Counted from the first letter of the stretch, positions 30,093 through 40,177 are shown. The stretch: DNA of 64,000 bases from a virus (IMGVR_UViG_3300028048_000064:32001-96000), one strand, 5' to 3'. The notes: generated from the letters alone by a model not told the origin. Program-made: numbers and translations.

Positions 30093-30377
30093 ATGAAAGT
30101 AGTATTGAAAAAAGAGGCAGAATTTGAGTTCTGTGAGGAAAAGTACACAGCCATTCCAAGTGTTGTGCTTAGTACGTTAGTTGGTAAGCCTGAAGAGTCA
30201 ACAGGTCCTGCTGACCCTGAGTTGCCACGTGTTATTGTATTTGAGAATAAATCCGATTATATTGCCAATGCCGGTAAATATAATATTGACTACGATAGGA
30301 ACGTTTTTGTATCCCAAAAGGGGCAATTTTTCTGTTATGAATTAAACAATGCCGCAACCAATACCAAAGAAGATTAA
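30093..30377 (+). CDS. Hypothetical protein
   Basis: 94 aa ORF behind the promoter; overlaps the next gene. Confidence 0.6.
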   Translation: MKVVLKKEAEFEFCEEKYTAIPSVVLSTLVGKPEESTGPADPELPRVIVFENKSDYIANAGKYNIDYDRNVFVSQKGQFFCYELNNAATNTKED

Positions 30378-31512
30378 GGAGAAAAACCCGGAATTAGGTG
30401 TGAAGACATTTAACACCTTGCTTGTGGATGGTTCTAATGTGTTAGAGCTGTCCTCGCTTGGCGATAAAACAATGTCAAGTAAAGGAAAACGTATCGGAGG
30501 TATACAACAAATGCTTTTACAGATAAAACTCCTAATGAAAAAGGCCAATTTTAGATATGTTTATGTCTTCTGGGACCCGAATGAAGAGGGTGGATATTAT
30601 CGTTATCTATTAAACAATGAATATAAAGCCAATCGTGACAAGAATTTCACTGTTGATGAAGGCCTTTCTGACTATATGAAGGAGTATAATGCCAAGCTTA
30701 GAAGCATGCAGAACTACTTCTTTAATAAGAAAAGGAAAGAAAAGACAGATGAACAGAAGAAAGACAAAGAGATTTTCTATGAGCAACGTGAGGTTTTAAT
30801 GAATTGTTTTGAAGAATTGTTTGTCAGACAGTGTTTATGCGAAAAAGTAGAGGCTGATGACCTTATAGCCTATTATGTAAACCATAAAGTACCTAATGAG
30901 CGTATTGTCATTATGTCAAATGACAGGGATTTAACCCAATTAATCAGTGATGATGTCATTGTTTATATACAGCAGAAGAAGAAATTCATTAATAAGAAGA
31001 ACCATACAGAGGAAATGGGTTATTATTATGAGAATGTCTTGTTGAAAAAGATGATTTGCGGTGATTCTTCTGATAATATTAAAGGTGTAAAGGGTGTTGG
31101 TGAGACAACATTGCTTAAAAACTTCCCTGAATTGAAGAAAAGAAAAGTTACACTCGACGAAATTGTGGATGGGGCAAGAAAAATCAACCAAGAAAGGGAA
31201 AAAAACGGTAAAAAACCTTTACTTTGGGCAAAAAACATAGTTGAAGGAGTAACAGATGGGGCACAAGGTAACAGATTATATGAAATAAATGAAAAAATCA
31301 TTGATTTGAAGCATCCTTTGATGAGTGATGAAGCAAAGGAACTAATGGATAGTCTAATGTATGCCCCACTTGACCCTGAAGGTCGAAGTTATGACAATTT
31401 ATATAAAATTTTGAGTGATGCTGGGGTTGAAGAACTGACAAATCCATCAACTTTTAGTAATTTTTTCATAGAATATACATATTTGATTGAAAAAGAGAAG
31501 AAAAAAACTTAA
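30349..31512 (+). CDS. 5'-3' exonuclease / flap endonuclease (T4 RNase H-like)
   Basis: LLVDGSN, YKANR, EADDLIA, SNDRDLTQL, GDSSDNIKGVKGVGE. Confidence 0.9.
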   Translation: MPQPIPKKIKEKNPELGVKTFNTLLVDGSNVLELSSLGDKTMSSKGKRIGGIQQMLLQIKLLMKKANFRYVYVFWDPNEEGGYYRYLLNNEYKANRDKNFTVDEGLSDYMKEYNAKLRSMQNYFFNKKRKEKTDEQKKDKEIFYEQREVLMNCFEELFVRQCLCEKVEADDLIAYYVNHKVPNERIVIMSNDRDLTQLISDDVIVYIQQKKKFINKKNHTEEMGYYYENVLLKKMICGDSSDNIKGVKGVGETTLLKNFPELKKRKVTLDEIVDGARKINQEREKNGKKPLLWAKNIVEGVTDGAQGNRLYEINEKIIDLKHPLMSDEAKELMDSLMYAPLDPEGRSYDNLYKILSDAGVEELTNPSTFSNFFIEYTYLIEKEKKKT

Positions 31513-31518
31513 ATTTAT

Positions 31519-31549
31519 TTTGAAGTGTGGAAAAAACGTAGTATATTTG
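31519..31549 (+). promoter_or_regulatory. Bacteroidota -33/-7 promoter
   Basis: TTTG(31519)-N19-TATATTTG(31542). Confidence 0.75.
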
Positions 31550-31604
31550 CAATCGAAAATTAGAGATAGTATATATAGTTTAACAATTAAAATTTTTAAC
31601 AAAC

Positions 31605-32498
31605 ATGTTAGAAAACAACATTAAGAAAGAGGCAAAGGTCGTTGATAATGAAGCCTATAAGGAGAGATTTCAGTTCCTTTTGTGGGTAAACGACAACATT
31701 ATTTGCCAACGTTATTTTAAAATAAACGGTTTTAACAATGATTCTCTACGTTCTCTTGAGTTTAAGGAGACGATGGACAACGTAACGAAGATGATTAAGG
31801 ATGACTTGCTTTCCAAGAGTCGTATTTTTATGTGGTACACCAGGGAAGAACCAATTAAGATGAGTGGTTTCCTAAGTAATTATGACGGTCTTGAGCAGTC
31901 TGACATTCTTGCACTTACTTCTGCTAATTATGAGGGCAATATTCAACTTTCGAATGGTCAAGTAATTAACAAGAACTATTTCAGTTACCCTGAAGGTATT
32001 GATGACTCATATTACGATAGGGAGAAACTTCCGGCATGGGATGTAACCTTTAAGTTCCAGATGCTGATTGATGAGGAAGCTGTTTATGAGCACATTTGGG
32101 ATGGAACTGTATATCCTAAGTATGTACGTAACGGTGTTGACTTGACAAATTCAGATATTCTCTATCGAGATAAAGACCCATCTTCTTTGCATTTCAGTTA
32201 TGCCATCATTCACCATATGACACATGGTAAAATTGACCTTGTTTATCATATTATCAAGCAGATTTGTGAGGTTATGAGTTATAAGTTCGAAGATAGCAAC
32301 AAGTATACCAAGCGAATGAAGTATGGTGACAGAAACTACATCCTCTCGACCTATAATAAGGATTGGGTTGATATTGCAAGACAGTCATGCCTTGAAAAGA
32401 CTAAGGCATATATGAATGAACTTGCACGTGAGGAAAAATATGCGGATACATTTGGACTGACTCCCGGTCAGTACGAATATATTGAGAATCGTCTTTGA
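31605..32498 (+). CDS. Hypothetical protein in the replication module
   Basis: 297 aa ORF between the exonuclease and helicase genes. Confidence 0.65.
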   Translation: MLENNIKKEAKVVDNEAYKERFQFLLWVNDNIICQRYFKINGFNNDSLRSLEFKETMDNVTKMIKDDLLSKSRIFMWYTREEPIKMSGFLSNYDGLEQSDILALTSANYEGNIQLSNGQVINKNYFSYPEGIDDSYYDREKLPAWDVTFKFQMLIDEEAVYEHIWDGTVYPKYVRNGVDLTNSDILYRDKDPSSLHFSYAIIHHMTHGKIDLVYHIIKQICEVMSYKFEDSNKYTKRMKYGDRNYILSTYNKDWVDIARQSCLEKTKAYMNELAREEKYADTFGLTPGQYEYIENRL

Positions 32499-32520
32499 TT
32501 CTAAAACATCTCCTTTCTCC

Positions 32521-32548
32521 GGCTGTTCCTCAATGGAGCAGCCTTTTT
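32521..32548 (+). terminator. Intrinsic terminator
   Basis: GGCTGTTCC-tcaat-GGAGCAGCC-TTTTT. Confidence 0.8.
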
Positions 32549-32591
32549 ATACGAACATTTTTGTTTAACAGATTAATTTTATATTTAATAA

Positions 32592-34022
32592 ATGAGTTCA
32601 AATCGTAATGACAGAAGTACATTAGGATATCTTGGCGCTGATTTTCAATTAAAACTTGTTAAGTGTTTTTTTGAAGACCAGAAGTATTTTTCTGCGATAC
32701 AGGATATAGTAGACCAAAATATGTTTAGCAATGAACATCTTAGAAGAATTGTAGGTTTCATGAAAGACCGTTATAACTTTAATGAAACTGTTACGACATA
32801 TTTTGAAATGGAAACTATTATCAGAAGCAAGGTTTCTGATGCTATATCTGTTGAGCAACTGCTTGCACATATTGAGAAAATCAAGGAAATGGATTTGAGT
32901 GGTATGGATTTGGTTGAGGAAGAGTCAGAGAAGTTCTTCAAACAGCAAAACCTAACCAAAGCAATCAATAAGGCACAAGACATTATTAAAAAAGGTGATT
33001 TTAGCAATTATTATGCTATTGAGGATATTGTAAAGAAAGCACTTGAAGTCAATACAAAACAAGATTTTGGTTTTAGACTATTTGATAATATTGAAAGTGA
33101 TTTGAAAGAGGATTATCGTAGTGCAATACCTACAGGTGCTGAAAAACTTGATAAAGCACTTTATGGTGGCTTGGCTAAGGGTGAGTTGGGTGTTATTGTA
33201 GCACCCCCTGGTATAGGAAAGTCATCTACTACTACAGGATTTGCTGCAAATGCTGCAATAACCAAGAATGAATATAATAACTACAACGGATATAAAGTAC
33301 TCCATTTCTTCTTTGAGGATGAAGAAATAAACATTAGACGTAAATATTATGGTTTTGTAACTGATATTGATGCTTGTACGCTTTCTTTACCTGATGTAAG
33401 ACCAATTGCAATTCAGAAACTGAATGAAGATACTGATGTCAGAAGAATGCTAAGAGAAAATGTAATTTGTGAACGTTTATCAACAGGTGAAGTAAGGGCA
33501 TCAGAAATTAAGAATAAAATCAGACAGTATATAGCAAGGGGTTTTAAACCGGACCTTATTATCATTGACTATTTTGAATGTATTAAATTCGAAAAGTCTG
33601 ATGTAGGTGACAGTGAATGGTCAAAAGAGGGTGTGACAATGCGTAAACTTGAATCTATGGCAAAGGAGTTCAATGTTGCTATGTGGGTTCCGGTGCAAGG
33701 CACACGTGACTCAATTGGAGCAGAGATAGTTGGTCTTATGCAAGCAGGTGGCTCAGTGAAAAAGACACAGATTGCACATGTGGTAATTACAATGGGTCAG
33801 ACCGACGAAATGAAGACCCAAGGCAGAGTTAATATGTTCCTTGGTAAATTCCGTGCAGGACGTATAGATAAGAATAAATTCCTGAATGTGTATCTTAATA
33901 ACGGTACTTGTAAGTTCGATATGTCTGAAATGGATGATGGGGTTGATTTACCTTATGAACAGAGACAAACAAACCGTATGAATGAAATTGCAAGGGAAAC
34001 AAAGCAAACTTATCAAAAATAA
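32592..34022 (+). CDS. Replicative DnaB-like helicase (T4 gp41-like)
   Basis: IPTG...LD..L.GGLAKGELGVIVAPPGIGKS, FFED, IIIDY, QGTR. Confidence 0.9.
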   Translation: MSSNRNDRSTLGYLGADFQLKLVKCFFEDQKYFSAIQDIVDQNMFSNEHLRRIVGFMKDRYNFNETVTTYFEMETIIRSKVSDAISVEQLLAHIEKIKEMDLSGMDLVEEESEKFFKQQNLTKAINKAQDIIKKGDFSNYYAIEDIVKKALEVNTKQDFGFRLFDNIESDLKEDYRSAIPTGAEKLDKALYGGLAKGELGVIVAPPGIGKSSTTTGFAANAAITKNEYNNYNGYKVLHFFFEDEEINIRRKYYGFVTDIDACTLSLPDVRPIAIQKLNEDTDVRRMLRENVICERLSTGEVRASEIKNKIRQYIARGFKPDLIIIDYFECIKFEKSDVGDSEWSKEGVTMRKLESMAKEFNVAMWVPVQGTRDSIGAEIVGLMQAGGSVKKTQIAHVVITMGQTDEMKTQGRVNMFLGKFRAGRIDKNKFLNVYLNNGTCKFDMSEMDDGVDLPYEQRQTNRMNEIARETKQTYQK

Positions 34023-34210
34023 AGACAAGTAAATAGTCAAAAATTATAATTTTTAACAAACTTTTTTTATAAAATTTTTATTCTGTGTATATCAGACAGT
34101 TAGACAAAATGCATAAATTTTTCAACAAATTTTGTATGCTTTTTTGAAAAATGGAGTGATATATATTATATACCAAGTTACAGAATAAAGATTAAATATT
34201 GATATAAATT

Positions 34211-36427
34211 ATGCGTGTTTTAAAAAGAGACAAAACAACAGAGGAATTTCAGTTTGAAAAGATTGAAAGTGCAATTAAGAAAGCATTTGAGTCTTGTGAA
34301 GTACCAGTAAATCAGAAGGTTATAGAATGTATGCATAACCGTTTCAATGAAAATGATGATATTACAGTGCATGTTGAAGAAATACAAGATGCGGTTGAAG
34401 ATTGCTTAATGCAGTGGTGTCCTCCTGTAGCCAAGAAATATATCATATATAGGTATGAGCACAAAGTAATCAGAGAAAGTAATAATAAACTTTATCGTGA
34501 TATCACAAAGAAACTGATGGCAGAAGATGTACAAAATCAGAATGCTAATCTTGACGAACATTCATTTGGCGGAAGAATGGGAGAAGTTAATAGATTAGTT
34601 ATGAAAGATTACGCCTTAAAATATTGTATGTCAAGAAAATCACGCAATAATCATTTGAATAATGAAATTTACATTCATGATTTGGACTCATATGCTGCTG
34701 GTATGCATAATTGTCTTTCAATACCCTTTGATGAACTTCTTGCAAATGGCTTTAACACAAGACAAACTGATGTAAGACCAGCTAATAGTATCAATACGGC
34801 TTTTCAATTAGTTGCTGTTTTGTTCCAATTACAATCACTTCAACAGTTTGGTGGAGTAAGTGCAACGCATCTTGATTGGACTATGGTGCCATATGTTCGC
34901 AAATCATTTTACAAACATTTTGCTGTTGGTGTAGAAACTATTAATGATTGTAATATTTCAAGCAATGAATATAACGATACATTATCAATTGATGACCAAA
35001 AGTATCATGAATATGGCGAAAAATGCTACAACTATGCTTTAAATAGGACTAAAAAGGAACTTAAACAGGCAGTTGAGGGTATGTATCATAATCTTAATAC
35101 TTTGCAATCACGTAGTGGAAACCAATTACCGTTTACAAGTATTAACTATGGCACGTGTACTTTGACGGAGGGACGTATGGTAATTAAGGCTTTGTTAGAT
35201 GGTTCGTTAGCGGGCGTTGGTAAATTCCATAAGACACCAATTTTCCCTTGTGGTATTTTCCAAATGATGAAGGGTGTTAATAGAAAAGAAGGTGAACCAA
35301 ATTATGATTTATTCAAACTTGCATTAAAATCAACCTCACAGAGATTATATCCTAACTATGCTAATTGTGATTGGAGTGGCAACGCAGGGTATGATAAGAA
35401 TGACCCTAAGACATATTTTAGTACAATGGGGTGCAGAACAGCCAATGGTTTTGATATAAACGGATTAGGACAGCAGAAAGACGGACGTGGTAATATTTGT
35501 CCTGTAACTATTATTATGCCAACACTTGCAATGCAAGCAAAGGAAAAAATTGAAGAAAAGGCAATTAAAGAAGAAAGAAAATATTCAAACGACGAAGTTG
35601 TTGCTGAGTTTATGAAAATTCTTGATAAGAAGATTTCAGAGGCTAAGGACATGCTTATTGAACGTTTTGAATGGATTTGCAAACAAAGTCCTGCTTCCGC
35701 TAAGTTTATGTGGGAAAATAATACTATGGCAGGATATGTACCTGAAGAAGGTATTAGGTCAGCACTCAAGCATGGCACAATTGTGATAGGACAACTTGGT
35801 TTGGCTGAAACATTACAAGTCCTTATTCATACAGACCACACAACAGAAGATGGAATGAATCTTGCAAAGGAAATAGAAGGTTTGTTCAAGAAACGTTGTG
35901 CCGAATATAAAGAAAAATATAAATTGAATTTTGGTGTATATTACACCCCTGCTGAAAATCTTTGTTATACGGCAATGAAGAAATTCAAAGACAAGTACGG
36001 TACTATACCTAATGTTTCAGATAGGGAATATTTCACTAATTCAATGCATGTTCCTGTATGGCAAAAGATGACACCGTTTGAGAAAATTGACATCGAGTCT
36101 CAATTGACTGGCTATTCTTCGGCAGGTTGCATTACTTATGTTGAATTACCAAGTACAACAAAGAATAATATTGAAGCACTTGAAACAATTGTCAGTTATG
36201 CTATGGATAAGGATATACCTTATTTTGCTGTTAATATTCCGGTAGATAACTGTAATTCTTGCGGTTATTCGGATGAAATGGGTGATACATGTCCGATATG
36301 CGGAAGCAGCGACATTAGTAGATTAAGACGTGTAACCGGATATCTTACGGGTCACTACAAGTCGGCATTTAACTATGGTAAACAGTGTGAAACAGAAGAA
36401 AGAGTAAAACATATTGAAAAATTTTAA
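34211..36427 (+). CDS. nrdD: Anaerobic (class III) ribonucleoside-triphosphate reductase
   Basis: ATP-cone N-terminus (VLKRD...F..EKI..AI.KA), IYIHDLD, HNC, TMGCRT, TPAENLC, CxxC...CxxC, glycyl loop RRVTGYL. Confidence 0.96.
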   Translation: MRVLKRDKTTEEFQFEKIESAIKKAFESCEVPVNQKVIECMHNRFNENDDITVHVEEIQDAVEDCLMQWCPPVAKKYIIYRYEHKVIRESNNKLYRDITKKLMAEDVQNQNANLDEHSFGGRMGEVNRLVMKDYALKYCMSRKSRNNHLNNEIYIHDLDSYAAGMHNCLSIPFDELLANGFNTRQTDVRPANSINTAFQLVAVLFQLQSLQQFGGVSATHLDWTMVPYVRKSFYKHFAVGVETINDCNISSNEYNDTLSIDDQKYHEYGEKCYNYALNRTKKELKQAVEGMYHNLNTLQSRSGNQLPFTSINYGTCTLTEGRMVIKALLDGSLAGVGKFHKTPIFPCGIFQMMKGVNRKEGEPNYDLFKLALKSTSQRLYPNYANCDWSGNAGYDKNDPKTYFSTMGCRTANGFDINGLGQQKDGRGNICPVTIIMPTLAMQAKEKIEEKAIKEERKYSNDEVVAEFMKILDKKISEAKDMLIERFEWICKQSPASAKFMWENNTMAGYVPEEGIRSALKHGTIVIGQLGLAETLQVLIHTDHTTEDGMNLAKEIEGLFKKRCAEYKEKYKLNFGVYYTPAENLCYTAMKKFKDKYGTIPNVSDREYFTNSMHVPVWQKMTPFEKIDIESQLTGYSSAGCITYVELPSTTKNNIEALETIVSYAMDKDIPYFAVNIPVDNCNSCGYSDEMGDTCPICGSSDISRLRRVTGYLTGHYKSAFNYGKQCETEERVKHIEKF

Positions 36428-36925
36428 ATGAGAGTTTTAAGTATAACATATCCTGATGTAAATAATGGTTTGGGCTGTCGTGCTACTTTATGGGTAGCCG
36501 GCTGCTCACATCATTGTAAGGGTTGCCATAATAAAGAAACATGGTCATTTGAATGTGGTAAGGAATTTGATGAAGAATATAAGCAGAAATTATTTGATGT
36601 TATTTCATTACCTTATATAAAGGGTTTAACATTATCTGGTGGAGACCCATTAGACAGTTATGATGATGTTCTTTCTTTGTTAAAGGATTTTTATGAAAAA
36701 TTCGATGGCACAAAGGATGTATGGCTTTACACCGGATATACAATGAAAGAGTTGTTTGCTAATGGATGGAAAGAAATCATAAACTATGTTGATTACATAG
36801 TTGATGGGAGATATGAAGAAGATAAACGTGATGTATCTTTAGCGTTCAGAGGTTCTAAAAATCAAACAATATATGAGAAATGTGGTGAACATTTTATAAA
36901 AAGTAAATTAAACGATGGAAAATAA
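36428..36925 (+). CDS. nrdG: Anaerobic RNR activase (radical SAM)
   Basis: NG.G.R..LWVAGCSHHCKGCHN (CxxxCxxC), SGGDPL, WLYTGY, VDGRY, FRGSKNQ. Confidence 0.95.
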   Translation: MRVLSITYPDVNNGLGCRATLWVAGCSHHCKGCHNKETWSFECGKEFDEEYKQKLFDVISLPYIKGLTLSGGDPLDSYDDVLSLLKDFYEKFDGTKDVWLYTGYTMKELFANGWKEIINYVDYIVDGRYEEDKRDVSLAFRGSKNQTIYEKCGEHFIKSKLNDGK

Positions 36926-37526
36926 ATATTTAAATAAATTTTTGACTGCAATATTTGCCGGCATTGCAATTTCAATAGGCGGTTTGGCATTTCTTACAAT
37001 GGGCAATGTTATCGGCCCAATTTTATTTACATTTGGTCTTATAACAGTAGTGCATTATAAGTTGGCATTGTATACAGGAACAGTAGGCTTTCTTGAATTG
37101 GTTGGATTTAATAATCAAGTACTAACAAATTGGAAGATAATATTAACAGTTATATTAGGTAATATAATTGGGTGTGGCATAGTTGCATTATTGGCAAGTT
37201 ATGGTAATTTTACATTTGCAATCGCTGCTAATAGTATAGTAATGTCAAGACTATCACAGCCGATTATTTCTGTTATTATTAGAGCAATTGGATGTGGAAT
37301 GATTATGAGCACAGCAGTACAATTTGCAAGGGAAGGTAGATTTCTTCCTTTACTTTTTGGTGTACCTTTGTTTATATATTGTGGCTTTTATCATAGCATC
37401 GCCGATACTTTTTACTATTGCTTCTCATCCATGAAACCAACCGGTTCAATGTTATACACACTGTCTATGACTTATTTTGGAAATTATCTTGGATGCAGTG
37501 CTTATAAACTGTTTGTTAAAAAATAA
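36915..37526 (+). CDS. Formate/nitrite transporter (FNT) family channel
   Basis: About six hydrophobic helices; AI.AG..I.IG, F..GL, LYTG, GN.IG, AIGC, GF.HSIAD, GN.LG match the FNT signature series. Confidence 0.85.
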   Translation: MENKYLNKFLTAIFAGIAISIGGLAFLTMGNVIGPILFTFGLITVVHYKLALYTGTVGFLELVGFNNQVLTNWKIILTVILGNIIGCGIVALLASYGNFTFAIAANSIVMSRLSQPIISVIIRAIGCGMIMSTAVQFAREGRFLPLLFGVPLFIYCGFYHSIADTFYYCFSSMKPTGSMLYTLSMTYFGNYLGCSAYKLFVKK

Positions 37527-37599
37527 TACAATTCACACTTTATAAATAAAACTACGACATCTATATTTATACTATATAGGTGTTTTTATTTTATATATT

Positions 37600-37986
37600 A
37601 TGGCAAGGACACAAAAATACGGAATTAAATTCCCCATTACAGTTAAAAGTGAAGAAAAGACATTCTTTGACTTGGATAATACTGCTGGTGAGGGAATAAA
37701 ATCACAGATAATGCATCTTATCTTCACACCAATTGGGCAAAGGATAAGAAGGCCTCTTTTCGGGTCTAAACTTATACAATTTATATTCTCACCAAACGAT
37801 GGTGAAAGCTGGGGTGATGTTGTATCTGAAATTAAGGATATGGTTAAAAGAAATATTCCAAATTGCAACATTGATGATATAAATGTCTATGAGGTAAATG
37901 AAGGTTTGGGGCTTGTTGTAAGTATAAAATACAGTGTTACGGAAAACGGTGGCACAACGCAATATCAAATAATGACAAATATATAA
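37600..37986 (+). CDS. Baseplate wedge protein (gp25-like)
   Basis: YGIKFP, IKSQIMHLIFT..GQR...P.FGS.L..FIF.P. Confidence 0.85.
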   Translation: MARTQKYGIKFPITVKSEEKTFFDLDNTAGEGIKSQIMHLIFTPIGQRIRRPLFGSKLIQFIFSPNDGESWGDVVSEIKDMVKRNIPNCNIDDINVYEVNEGLGLVVSIKYSVTENGGTTQYQIMTNI

Positions 37987-38001
37987 TTTTATATTAGATA
38001 A

Positions 38002-40068
38002 ATGGCAGAAAACAGAATACAATATTCAGCAAGAAATTATGATGATTTTAGAAAATCCATTATAGATATTTCAAAAAAATACTATCCAGACATTTCTAAT
38101 AGTTGGGATGATGCGTCTATTGGAAGTTGGCTGACAGACGTTTTCGCTGATGTGGCCGATGCCATCAATTATCATATTGACAGAACATATCAGGAAACAT
38201 CAGTTAATGCAGCCGGCCAGAGGAAGTCATTACTTAATATTGCAAGGAATAATGGTGTAAAGGTTCCGGGTAAGAAAGCTGCTATTGTTGAGGTAGAGTT
38301 ATCATGTGAGTTACCTTTATATACACAGGGTAACACATCTAATGGTGACTTGAGTCAAGCAGATGAGAATTATGCACCTTATATTAAGAGGGGTACATTA
38401 TTTTCAACCGGTCTTGTAACGTTTGAATTAATTCATGATGTTGATTTCACACAGCAGTTTGATGAGGATGGTATTTCAAACAGACAGATAATTCCAAATC
38501 ATGATTCGAATGGTAATATTGTAAGTTATACATATAAGAAGTTAGGAATTGCAGTTGCCGGCCAGAGCAAGGTATTCAAGCAGATTATTACGAATAAAGA
38601 CATAAAACCATTTATGAGTATATTGCTACAAGATAGCGACATACTTGGTGTTGAGAGTATCATTGTAAAGAAAGGTACAGATTTATCAACTAATCCGGCA
38701 ATTACTGATTATAGTGTTGATGAGGAAACATTTACAAGAACGAAAAACGGTAATGAAGAAACAATTAACCGTTATTTTGAAGTCGATAACCTTGTTGACC
38801 AATACAGATTTGGATATGAAATCGAAGAGGTTACAGATGATGATGGTAACACTATTAGATACAATCCTGTTTGGGAAAAAGAAACAACTGAATATGTAAT
38901 TGCCAAAATTGGTAACGAATATAAAGAAGTTAAACTTGATAATCCTATTGTAATCAGACAAATAGCCAAGGGTAAATGGAAACGTCTTAAGAACAAGTTT
39001 GTTACTGAATTTACTGACAATGGTTCATTGAAAATCACATTTGGCGCTGGCTTAAAGAACCAATATGGTACTATTCCAACAGAAGCCAAGCAATTTACTC
39101 AATATATTATGTCACGTATGGCAGCTAATGACTATATGGGTGTATTACCTGAAACGGATACAACTATGTATATTCTTTATAGAGTTGGTGGTGGTGAACA
39201 GAGTAACATTGCAAAGGATACACTTACAAATATCACCAATTTGAGCATGACAATTGAAGGAAACTGTGATGATGGTGATGATGCAAGAAAGAAGAGGGAC
39301 GTACAGAATTCATTGTCTGTAACGAATACAACTCCGTCTTATGGTGGTAAGGATGAACCGTCTGATGAGGAATTAAGACAACTTATCAAGTATAATGCCG
39401 GTGCTAAGAACAGATGCGTTACATTGCATGACTATGAAGCAAGGATTATTGAACTTCCTGCTAAGTATGGAACACCATTCAGATGCGGTGTTGTTGAAGA
39501 GAACAACAAAGTAGTTATTTATACACTTGGTTTAGATGCTGAGGGTCATCTTGAAAGCAAATTATCAGAATATGTTGCTAAGAACATCAAGGAATATCTT
39601 TCAATGTACAAGATGATTAATGATTTTGTTGAGATACGTTCCGGAAAGATTATTAATGTGGCTTTTGAGATTGACATCTATATTGAAAAGTCATATGATA
39701 AGGCCGATGTAACCAAGAAGGTCATTGAAATGGTTCAAAACTATATGGATGTGCGTGCCCATTTAATGGGTCAGGAAATTTTCCTTGGCGATTTGGAGAA
39801 AGAAATCTCAAAGATGGATGGTGTTAAGAATCTTATTGAGTTAAGGGTATATAATAAAGTTGGCAAAGGGTATTCAGATGATGCAACAACTCAGCAACTT
39901 ATTGATGCCAATGACTGTTGTTACAGTGAATATTCAGAAGGTGACGGTAATTATGACAACAGAATTGACTTGAAAGCAAGCGATAAAATACTGTTTACAG
40001 ATGCCAATAGTATGATTGAGGTTAAATATCCGAATAAAGATATTGTAGTTAATGTTCGTCAAAGATAG
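38002..40068 (+). CDS. Baseplate wedge subunit (gp6 / baseplate J-like)
   Basis: Y..RNYDD.R, YHID...QE, I.FG.G, YRVGGG..SN, GG.DE, R.VT..DY. Confidence 0.8.
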   Translation: MAENRIQYSARNYDDFRKSIIDISKKYYPDISNSWDDASIGSWLTDVFADVADAINYHIDRTYQETSVNAAGQRKSLLNIARNNGVKVPGKKAAIVEVELSCELPLYTQGNTSNGDLSQADENYAPYIKRGTLFSTGLVTFELIHDVDFTQQFDEDGISNRQIIPNHDSNGNIVSYTYKKLGIAVAGQSKVFKQIITNKDIKPFMSILLQDSDILGVESIIVKKGTDLSTNPAITDYSVDEETFTRTKNGNEETINRYFEVDNLVDQYRFGYEIEEVTDDDGNTIRYNPVWEKETTEYVIAKIGNEYKEVKLDNPIVIRQIAKGKWKRLKNKFVTEFTDNGSLKITFGAGLKNQYGTIPTEAKQFTQYIMSRMAANDYMGVLPETDTTMYILYRVGGGEQSNIAKDTLTNITNLSMTIEGNCDDGDDARKKRDVQNSLSVTNTTPSYGGKDEPSDEELRQLIKYNAGAKNRCVTLHDYEARIIELPAKYGTPFRCGVVEENNKVVIYTLGLDAEGHLESKLSEYVAKNIKEYLSMYKMINDFVEIRSGKIINVAFEIDIYIEKSYDKADVTKKVIEMVQNYMDVRAHLMGQEIFLGDLEKEISKMDGVKNLIELRVYNKVGKGYSDDATTQQLIDANDCCYSEYSEGDGNYDNRIDLKASDKILFTDANSMIEVKYPNKDIVVNVRQR

Positions 40069-40142
40069 CTTTTTGTGAATTAACTATATATTTATACATG
40101 ACAAAAGGATTTTTTTTCTACATAGTTTTTAATTGATTTTTT

Positions 40143-40177
40143 CCACCCTTGCATGGTATTGCTGGGGTGGTTTTTTA
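40143..40177 (+). terminator. Intrinsic terminator
   Basis: CCACCC..GCA-loop-TGC..GGGTGG followed by TTTTTT. Confidence 0.7.

Noticed and set aside
34211-36427. Intron or intein in nrdD (also checked helicase and recA)
   Set aside because: The ORFs are continuous, of ordinary length, and show no intein terminal motifs.
2920-40068. Bacterial contractile injection system (eCIS/T6SS) rather than phage
   Set aside because: Tail genes are interleaved with a complete T4-like replication set and homing endonucleases, with no bacterial housekeeping context.
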